NCBI GenBank assembly: GCA_963675495.1
Contig: OY776215.1
Span: 2,240,001 to 2,304,000, forward strand
Reading direction: 5' to 3'
DNA: 64,000 bases
Source: an uncultured Methanolobus sp.
Lineage (GTDB): Archaea; Halobacteriota; Methanosarcinia; Methanosarcinales; Methanosarcinaceae
Every line of letters begins with the position of its first letter. The first letter of the stretch is position 1. Below the pieces are notes generated by a model that was given only the letters and a program-made list of their open reading frames with translations, was not told the DNA's origin and did not search any database. The position numbers and the translations under genes were made by a program. This document shows positions 56,935 through 64,000 of the stretch, piece after piece.

Positions 56935-59640
56935 ATGAGTGAACTTCCCTGGGAGAATAAAAAAATAGCAGAGATTATGTCATCTGTAGTTGATAAGGCG
57001 GAGATGGCACCAGATGTTTCTGAAAAGAAAAATGGCTCAACTCCGCAAATTCCTGATATATTAGCAAGTGCTTTTGCTGATATTCCAATGGAAGAGGCAA
57101 AAATAGAGGTTCATGAACCCACTTCTGATGCAGGGGTAGGTTTGATTCCAGAGGCGAATGCTCCATTTGGAGATTTACCCGATCTATCTGCTTTAGGCCA
57201 AATTAAGAATGAGAACACAAAATTAAATTTAGAAGATATTTCTTTACCATCTTCTTTGCCTCCATTCATGAACACTCCTGATATTGATGTCACATCAGAT
57301 GAAAAAGAAAATATTGCTCCAGATATTTCTAAATCACTGTTTGATCCTGACCTTTCCGCTAAGAATACTGATCATTCTGTGGCTACTGGTGCTAATTTAC
57401 CTGGTCCTGATAATAAGCGTTCTCCTCCTCCACTATTTGAGCTTTTTATTCCTGAAAATACCGACACAGAGCATTTAGAGGGTCTTGAGGCATCTGTGCC
57501 AAATTTAAAGGAGTCTGAACAAAATGCTTTTCCTTCTTTTCCCCCATTGGTACCGTCCGATGGAAATTTTACTGTTCCTGATCAATTTGCTGTTGCTCAG
57601 TCTGCTAACACTCCTTCTTTAGGTGATGCTCTTTCTAATGGTGCTAATCCTGCTATTGCTTCCAATCCATTTGACCCTACTCATGCTACTGACTCTCCTT
57701 CCTTAGGTAATGGTCCTGCTGCTTACAATCCATTCGATGGTGGTCATGTAGCTAGTGTAAATCCATTTGAGTCCACTTCTAATGTTGAAGCCAATCCATT
57801 TGGCGAACCTTTACACAGTAATGAACAAATTTCTTCAAATGATAGTTCTAAAATGAAGAGGGCAACCAGATCCTCTGTTAATGTAGCTGCATTTAAGAAA
57901 AACATTGAAGGGGTATCTGTGGTTGCCAGAGGGTTTATCAAAAATCTGACAAAAGGAAAGAGCCTTATTGAACGAATGGAGGATATGAAGGGAGATACAA
58001 CATCAGATGAGTCTTCTTATAAAGGTTCTGTTGTTTCATCCTCACCTCAGTCGCCATTTGAAAATAAATCCGGTAGTTCCGTTAATCCTGTTATTTCGTC
58101 TCCTGTTAATCCTTTCTCCTCGTCTACAGAAGTTTTAAAGGAAAGAACGGATAATGTGCAGGTAAATCCTTTTGAAGTTGAAATGGGTGGTGTACCAGTT
58201 GATGATATTAGAAAAGTAACTCCAATTGACGATCCTATTATGGAATTGGAAGACAAATATTCTATTGATGATGTTGTTTCCTCTGAGAATGTTCTGGGCA
58301 ATGTTCCGGCTGATGATTCTGAGTTTATAGCTGTTAATTCTGAACTTGTAAAAATCACACCGGTTGTTGATTCCGTTGTTATGGATGTTGATAATGATGT
58401 TGATAATGATGCTTTTCTTGATTCTGTGATACTGCCGGATATTAACCCTGAGGTGTCCATTGCAGATGAAGTTGCAGGGCATCAGGATGAACCTGTTTTG
58501 TCTACTGAGAAATTAATATCTCATACTGAAGTTTCTGATCCTTCTAATTCTTCTTCTGGAATTGAATCACAATCAGAGGTTTTTTCAGTAGAACTAGGTT
58601 CTATGAAGGTTGCAGATGAAAGGTATGATGAGATCGAAAATGATATCAAGATTTTAAAAGACAATATTGGGGACATGGGCTTACAAGTTAACTCTGTCTC
58701 TAATGAAGTAGAAACATTTTCAAGTAAACTTTCGAATATGGATATGACCTTGTCTTCTCTTATAAAAGCTAACGAAGAGATAATTTCTTGGGAAAATGGG
58801 AAAGTTGCTGAACTTGAAACAAATATCGGAGTAGTTGGTCAGAAGCTGAGTAATTTTGAATCAACTCTTGTTGCAATAGAATCTGGTAATTCTTCTGTTA
58901 GTTCTGATCTGTCCCGGATGGATGATGACATTTCCGGGCTTGTGAATTCTTATACTGCTCTTCTTGCCCAATTGCATGAATCCTTACAGGAAAATGAATC
59001 AAAATTTTCCCGCATTGATGAAGTTTCAGGTAAGGTGGATATAATTGCTTCAAGTATAAGTTCCATGGAAAAATCCAATGACGATGCAAAATCAACTTCA
59101 ATGGAATTTTCAAGGTCGATATCTTCATTGATCGATAATATGGGTAATATCTCTTCAGAGTTTCAGGATTTCAGGCAGAAATCTGAACAGAAGAATGCTG
59201 CAATGCTTGAAAAGATAAATTCCACTACAGAGTATGTGGAAAGTGAATTGAAAAAACTTGGCGCAAAGAGTTACAAGGGATTCGGACAAAATGTCCACCT
59301 TTCCAACATAGTCAAGAATTCAGGCAACATGAAACTCTGTATGGAGTGGCTTGAGTTTTTGATGGAACTTGTCGGTCGCAATAACCTTCCTGACATACTC
59401 TCATACTATGAGGAACTTGGCTGGATAACTGAAAAGGTGAGAATGGAATTGCTCCACTATGCTGATGGTATTGATTTCTATATGGAGAAACCTGACTGGA
59501 AGCTCACACCCGATGACCATGTTAAATCTATATGGTTCATCGAGAGCCTTGCAGGTATGAAAGTTGATAAGAACAGGTTATCTGTCATCGAACGAGATAT
59601 TGAGAAGGTTAAAAAGGGATCTGAAATATACGGAATATGA
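56935..59640 (+). CDS. Large ArlD/E (FlaD/E)-domain protein with long low-complexity NPF-repeat region and coiled coil
   Basis: C-terminal MEWLEFLMELVGRNNL...YYEELGWIT...DDHVKSIWFIE...EIYGI paralogous to 15666..16967; acidic Pro/Ser-rich N-terminal ~550 aa. Confidence 0.85.
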   Translation: MSELPWENKKIAEIMSSVVDKAEMAPDVSEKKNGSTPQIPDILASAFADIPMEEAKIEVHEPTSDAGVGLIPEANAPFGDLPDLSALGQIKNENTKLNLEDISLPSSLPPFMNTPDIDVTSDEKENIAPDISKSLFDPDLSAKNTDHSVATGANLPGPDNKRSPPPLFELFIPENTDTEHLEGLEASVPNLKESEQNAFPSFPPLVPSDGNFTVPDQFAVAQSANTPSLGDALSNGANPAIASNPFDPTHATDSPSLGNGPAAYNPFDGGHVASVNPFESTSNVEANPFGEPLHSNEQISSNDSSKMKRATRSSVNVAAFKKNIEGVSVVARGFIKNLTKGKSLIERMEDMKGDTTSDESSYKGSVVSSSPQSPFENKSGSSVNPVISSPVNPFSSSTEVLKERTDNVQVNPFEVEMGGVPVDDIRKVTPIDDPIMELEDKYSIDDVVSSENVLGNVPADDSEFIAVNSELVKITPVVDSVVMDVDNDVDNDAFLDSVILPDINPEVSIADEVAGHQDEPVLSTEKLISHTEVSDPSNSSSGIESQSEVFSVELGSMKVADERYDEIENDIKILKDNIGDMGLQVNSVSNEVETFSSKLSNMDMTLSSLIKANEEIISWENGKVAELETNIGVVGQKLSNFESTLVAIESGNSSVSSDLSRMDDDISGLVNSYTALLAQLHESLQENESKFSRIDEVSGKVDIIASSISSMEKSNDDAKSTSMEFSRSISSLIDNMGNISSEFQDFRQKSEQKNAAMLEKINSTTEYVESELKKLGAKSYKGFGQNVHLSNIVKNSGNMKLCMEWLEFLMELVGRNNLPDILSYYEELGWITEKVRMELLHYADGIDFYMEKPDWKLTPDDHVKSIWFIESLAGMKVDKNRLSVIERDIEKVKKGSEIYGI

Positions 59641-59660
59641 AAGTCTTTTTTACAAAATAG

Positions 59661-59690
59661 ATGTTTGTGGCCATTTTGACCAGCAAACAT
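59661..59690. terminator. Hairpin between convergent genes
   Basis: TGTTTG-TGGCCA...TGACCA-GCAAACA imperfect stem followed by a T-rich run. Confidence 0.55.
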
Positions 59691-59719
59691 TTTATTATTT
59701 TTAAAGTTGTAATTTTTGT

Positions 59720-60070
59720 TTAGAACATTGCTTCCAATTTGTCAGCATAATCTGCCAACATTGGGAGCCTGTACATCTCACCTGAAAATGCTTTGTACAT
59801 GAGGAAAATCCATAGCAAGAATATAGCCAGGTACACAAATATCGATAAAAGTGCAATTAGCCATCCAATAATTGGTATCCAACCAACCATCATAATAACA
59901 ATTGAAAATACAATTATGGCCATGCTCAATACTGTGGACTGGGCTGCATGGAAGCGTACAAACTTGTTGTCTTTCTCAATAACCAATATAATTATACCTG
60001 AAATTAAGCCAAAAAGATAGGCTATTACCCCAGCTATGTTTTCATTTACGCCTAATTTAGTTTCACTCAT
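59720..60070 (-). CDS. DUF4870 family membrane protein (copy 1)
   Basis: ENIAGVIAY, EKDNKFVRFHAAQS, KAFSGEMYRLP. Confidence 0.88.
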   Translation of the reverse strand: MSETKLGVNENIAGVIAYLFGLISGIIILVIEKDNKFVRFHAAQSTVLSMAIIVFSIVIMMVGWIPIIGWLIALLSIFVYLAIFLLWIFLMYKAFSGEMYRLPMLADYADKLEAMF

Positions 60071-60336
60071 AATAATTCTCCTTATAAATATGTATATGTT
60101 GTCATTGGTTTCTTTTCATGGAGATAAAATCACAATAAGAAGAACAACGACATATCTCAATATAACTTTGAAGTATTTTGTATCAAGGTACTATTAAAAC
60201 TCATCTAAAATCATTTATTTAATTCATATTGTTGAAAAAATTCTGCAATTTTGCGATTTGAACTTATTTAATGATTTATTAATAAAATAAATAGCTGTAA
60301 ACGAATGCTTACAGCATTTTGATCTTTCTATTTTAC

Positions 60337-60879
60337 TCAATTCTCTCCAAGCTCAAAAGTTGCATTTGCAAGGAATACTGTAGCAATAGGTCCTGTGATA
60401 AGCACACCGATTCCCAGAAGAATCATTCCGATTACAAAAAGGACAAGCGTTATGGCATATACTACTAAGCTTTCAACAGGATTAGCTTTGATAATTTCAA
60501 TACTCTCTGTTATTGCTTCAATGCCACCATATCCTTTTATTACGAGCAAAGGCAGCGCGAACATGAAAAGTATTCCTATTATTGTTGAGAGTATGGATGC
60601 GATCTGTCCAAGTATTCCGGCAATGACTAAGTAGATCAGCATATATACCCAGCTTCTTATAAAATCATCCTTGTTAAAACCGGCAAATACATCACTGATC
60701 TCTATTGTTTCTCCCCTTGCTCCCTTTACTGCCATGGAAGTAAATCCATATGCAAGAGGTGCAATGGTAAATATCAATATTGAGCCTACAGCGGCTATCA
60801 ATAAACCAACTATAAATGTTACGAGGTTCTCTTTCACAACATTCCACGATTTCTTTAAACCTGCTTCATAATCCAACAT
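60337..60879 (-). CDS. Hypothetical multi-pass membrane protein
   Basis: Hydrophobic helices, RGETIEISDVFAGF, FALPLLV..G.GGIEAITES. Confidence 0.8.
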   Translation of the reverse strand: MLDYEAGLKKSWNVVKENLVTFIVGLLIAAVGSILIFTIAPLAYGFTSMAVKGARGETIEISDVFAGFNKDDFIRSWVYMLIYLVIAGILGQIASILSTIIGILFMFALPLLVIKGYGGIEAITESIEIIKANPVESLVVYAITLVLFVIGMILLGIGVLITGPIATVFLANATFELGEN

Positions 60880-60886
60880 ACCACTC

Positions 60887-61507
60887 CCTGAATATACTTA
60901 TTAACAAAGAAGTTGTGTATCTGGAATGTATATATACTTATCTAAAATAGGTTTGCAGACCGGATTGGTCAGCAATAATTATATAATTTTATCAAAGTAG
61001 AATTGTAGCTCTCAGAACATTGCTTCTAATTTGTCAGCATAGTCTGCAATTACTGGCAATCTGTACATCTCGCCCTTAAAAGCTTTATACATAAGGAATA
61101 TCCATAGTACAAAGGAAATTAATGCCACAAGTATTGATATTAATGAAAAAATCAGTCCAACATATGCTATGCCACTAAGAAATCCAAGAACAATATTTAG
61201 TATAAATAAGCCAGCATATAATGCAGTAGACTGAGCTGCATGGAAACGTACGAATTTATTTTCCTTTTCTATAACTAATAAAATGAGGCCGGTAATCCAC
61301 CCAAGAATGTAGGCTATTACTCCAGCTATGTTTTCACTTACGCCTAATTTAGTTTCACTCATAATAATTCTCCTTATAAATGTATATAATATATTTTATG
61401 GTATTTCAGGAATTTTCTAATAAATATTCATAATTCAATATGCTACTTCCTGAATATAATTATTTACAAGAATGTGTGTATCTGGAAACTATATATACTT
61501 ATCTAAA
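60887..61507 (-). promoter_or_regulatory. Duplicated ~60-bp promoter module (60887-60947 and 61449-61507)
   Basis: Both read CCTGAATATA...TGTGTATCTGGAA..TATATATACTTATCTAAAA; on the minus strand TTTTAGATAAGTATATATA is BRE/TATA-like, upstream of the 60879 and 61362 genes. Confidence 0.75.
61012..61362 (-). CDS. DUF4870 family membrane protein (copy 2)
   Basis: Paralog of 59720..60070 with near-identical 5' end and leader (ACGCCTAATTTAGTTTCACTCATAATAATTCTCCTTATAAAT). Confidence 0.88.
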   Translation of the reverse strand: MSETKLGVSENIAGVIAYILGWITGLILLVIEKENKFVRFHAAQSTALYAGLFILNIVLGFLSGIAYVGLIFSLISILVALISFVLWIFLMYKAFKGEMYRLPVIADYADKLEAMF

Positions 61508-61563
61508 AAAATCGGAGTGCAAAAAAAGAAAAGATGACGCTTAATGCGTCATTAAATTTAAGT

Positions 61564-62058
61564 TTAGAATCTGACGTCGATGTCAGCAACCATTTGCTGG
61601 CTTGCTACATCAATCATTTTTACACTTGCAGTCTCACCTGATGAAGCAACATTGGATGAAGCAGCATCTGTTGTTGTCATATTAGTCTGGGTTCCGATAA
61701 TATACTCAGCAGAACTGTTTATATACAGATACATAGTTTCGCCAGCTTCAAATCTTAAGTCAGTGTCGCTTGTCAAAAGATAGGGGTCAACTGTATTTCC
61801 ATCAACGCTAATTCTTGTATTTGTTGTAGAAAGCGTGATTTCATCCCCGCCCTGATGCTCAAGTTTGATGACATTAGTGCTGTTATCAACAGCAGCACTT
61901 CCTCTAAGACTTGCCTGTGGTGCCTGTTCTGGTGGGCCCATGCCGAATACGAATGCTGCAATAACTGCAGCAAGGATAACAGTGATTGCGACCATCAGGA
62001 TAACGCCAATGACCGGGGATACTGCATCCTCGTCTAAGAATTGGTTTGCTTTACTCAT
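61564..62058 (-). CDS. Archaeal type IV pilin (class III signal peptide, Pilin_N/DUF1628)
   Basis: DEDA|VSPVIGVILMVAITVILAAVIAAFVFG, HQGGD; N-glycosylation sequons NST, NSS, NMT. Confidence 0.92.
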   Translation of the reverse strand: MSKANQFLDEDAVSPVIGVILMVAITVILAAVIAAFVFGMGPPEQAPQASLRGSAAVDNSTNVIKLEHQGGDEITLSTTNTRISVDGNTVDPYLLTSDTDLRFEAGETMYLYINSSAEYIIGTQTNMTTTDAASSNVASSGETASVKMIDVASQQMVADIDVRF

Positions 62059-62083
62059 AGTTTGTTCCTCTCTTGTTCAGAAG

Positions 62084-62290
62084 TTATAGTTTCTTCTGTT
62101 TCTTTTTTTGGACCACTTTTTCAAGTTTCTTGGTCCACATTTTATCGTCGAGGTCGGTATATTCGCACTCGAGATAATGTTGCACCGCCATACTCAGGGC
62201 TTCTTTAGTTGACGACTCATTACATTTCTTCTTTAAAGCCGCAAGTTCATCTTCCGTAAGTACAGTTTGTGCGTGTACAATTTTGACCAT
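62084..62290 (-). CDS. DUF5371-like small protein (possible ribbon-helix-helix)
   Basis: MVKIVHAQTVLTEDELAALKKKCNESSTKEALSMAVQHYLEC; SD GGAGA; likely co-transcribed with the pilin. Confidence 0.75.
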   Translation of the reverse strand: MVKIVHAQTVLTEDELAALKKKCNESSTKEALSMAVQHYLECEYTDLDDKMWTKKLEKVVQKKKQKKL

Positions 62291-62724
62291 TGTATCTCCT
62301 GATTGTTTGAATCATCTGATGAACATATTCTTTCAAACCATCATCATAATAATCATAATGAAATTTATATATAAACTTTATTGCCTACTTTCAATTAGGT
62401 TTGTTAAGACTCTTTCTTTTGTGTAGATAATTATATATTTGTACTAATATATTCAATTTGTGAATTTATTCATACAAAATAAATCAAAATATTCATTTTA
62501 TTCAGCAGATTATATATATTTTTCATGTAGATGAGGTTAGTCCATCAGAATGATTTTATTTTTCTTTAACCTTAAATGATTCTGTTGGTACCAAAGGTAC
62601 TTTTCATTTGAGCATGTTTAAGGACATCTTTTTAACAGAGTATTCCATTAGCAAAGTCAAAATAGCATCCTGTATATTATGCTATCTGGTAGCCTCTTAA
62701 AAATGATTAAAAGAAGGAACATCC

Positions 62725-63003
62725 ATGTCATCTAGTCGATTTATAATCACAGTTATTGGTATTGATAAGATTGGTATCGTTGCGGGCATCACGCAGGTCA
62801 TGGCACTATATAATGTCAACATTGTGGACATCAGCCAGACTATCATGGACGACCTGTTCACAATGATAATGCTGGCGCAGATAAAGGAAGAGAACTTTGA
62901 TCTGGCAGCTTTCCAGCAAGCTATGTCTGATAAAGGTGCAGAGTTTGGTGTTGAGGTAAAAGTCCAGCATGAAGATGCATTCCATTTCATGCATAGGATC
63001 TGA
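62725..63003 (+). CDS. ACT-domain protein (UPF0237)
   Basis: [14 protein letters not shown]...NIVDISQTI...FTMIM...[12 protein letters not shown]. Confidence 0.92.
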   Translation: MSSSRFIITVIGIDKIGIVAGITQVMALYNVNIVDISQTIMDDLFTMIMLAQIKEENFDLAAFQQAMSDKGAEFGVEVKVQHEDAFHFMHRI

Positions 63004-63014
63004 GGTGTATGTCC

Positions 63015-64000
63015 ATGCTGCTTCATCCTGAAGAAATACTTGAAACAATTAAAATGGTGAGCAACGAGAACCTTGACATACGGACTGTCACCATGGGCAT
63101 CAATCTGCGAGGTTGTAGTCACCCTGATATAGATACTTTCAATGAGAATGTCTACAACAGGATAATGTACTATGCAGAGGACCTCGTGAAGACAACCAAT
63201 GAAATACAGAACCTTTACGGGATCCCAATAATCAATAAAAGAATATCTGTGACTCCAATTGCAATAGTTGCGGAAAGTTGCGATGCCACAGACCTCACAC
63301 CTGTAGCACAGACACTGGACAGGGCTGCCGAGGATACAGGCGTTGATTTCATAGGCGGATTCAGTGCCCTGGTGCAGAAGGGAATGACTCCGGGTGATCT
63401 GAAACTTATTAATTCTATCCCCAAGGCTCTTGCGAGTACCAATAAAGTCTGTTCTTCTGTAAACGTGGCAACCACTAAGGCAGGTATCAATATGGATGCT
63501 GTTGCTTTGATGGGCAAAGTCATAAAAGAGACAGCTGAGCAGACAAAAGATTATTCAGGAATCGGCTGTGCTAAACTTGTTGTCTTTGCAAATGCTCCTG
63601 AAGACAATCCGTTCATGGCAGGTGCTTTCCACGGAATTGGCGAACCTGATTGTGTTATCAATGTAGGTGTAAGCGGTCCCGGGGTTGTTAACTCCGCAGT
63701 GCGTGCGCTCAAAGACCCGACACTTGGGGATATCTCAGAGTGCATTAAAAAGACTGCTTTTAAGATAACCCGAATGGGTGAAATGGTAGGCAAAGAAGCT
63801 GCCCGTAGGCTTCATGCACAGTTTGGCGTACTCGACTTGTCTCTCGCTCCAACTCCTGCAGTGGGTGATAGTGTGGCTGCTATTCTGGAAGCTATGGGTT
63901 TGGAGAGTTGTGGGACCCATGGAACCACCGCCGCACTTGCTCTTCTCAATGATGCAGTCAAGAAAGGAGGGGCTATGGCATCATCTTCCGTTGGTGGACT
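63015..64000 (+). CDS. DUF711/UPF0210 PFL-like protein, 5' part, runs off window end
   Basis: GAGGTG SD; [77 protein letters not shown]; typical partner of the UPF0237 ACT protein. Confidence 0.93.
   Translation, partial: MLLHPEEILETIKMVSNENLDIRTVTMGINLRGCSHPDIDTFNENVYNRIMYYAEDLVKTTNEIQNLYGIPIINKRISVTPIAIVAESCDATDLTPVAQTLDRAAEDTGVDFIGGFSALVQKGMTPGDLKLINSIPKALASTNKVCSSVNVATTKAGINMDAVALMGKVIKETAEQTKDYSGIGCAKLVVFANAPEDNPFMAGAFHGIGEPDCVINVGVSGPGVVNSAVRALKDPTLGDISECIKKTAFKITRMGEMVGKEAARRLHAQFGVLDLSLAPTPAVGDSVAAILEAMGLESCGTHGTTAALALLNDAVKKGGAMASSSVGG

Noticed and set aside
58387-58410. 12-nt tandem duplication GTTGATAATGAT x2
   Set aside because: In-frame slippage within a disordered coding region (VDND VDND); not an array
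1-64000. CRISPR arrays, tRNA/rRNA genes, integrase/provirus, and the many short antisense ORFs in the track
   Set aside because: No regularly spaced direct repeats, cloverleafs or viral hallmark genes were seen by eye; the antisense ORFs are shadows of well-supported genes

Overview
Chromosomal segment from a methanogenic archaeon, most likely Methanosarcinaceae (Methanolobus/Methanococcoides-like; inferred from gene content and protein style). Housekeeping genes include pan, aMBF1, proC, cbiA/cobB, moaA, surE, alaS, nfnAB-type, thrS, thiI, acylphosphatase and ACT/DUF711. A KaiC/GvpD-like ATPase plus two receiver-domain proteins lie upstream of an archaellum motor operon (arlCDE-F-G-H-I-J) that has no archaellin. 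aksE-unknown-aksF (coenzyme B chain elongation) is followed by aglB and an AT-rich ~20 kb N-glycosylation island with a variant pseudaminic-acid pathway. Further on are a second, very long ArlD/E-domain protein with NPF repeats and a DUF5371-type IV pilin-membrane protein cluster. Features absent from the ORF track that I read from the sequence: a two-hairpin box H/ACA-like RNA, a 26-aa ORF with its own promoter and a structured 3' region, a 49-aa MobB-C-terminal-like protein, a single gene enclosed by 12-bp IS5/IS903-like inverted repeats, a related MITE-like element, a decayed IS5 transposase, an apparent compositional junction inside aglB, and an in-frame amber codon joining arlI to arlJ. 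No CRISPR array, rRNA or tRNA was seen. All family assignments are by motif recognition, without database searches.
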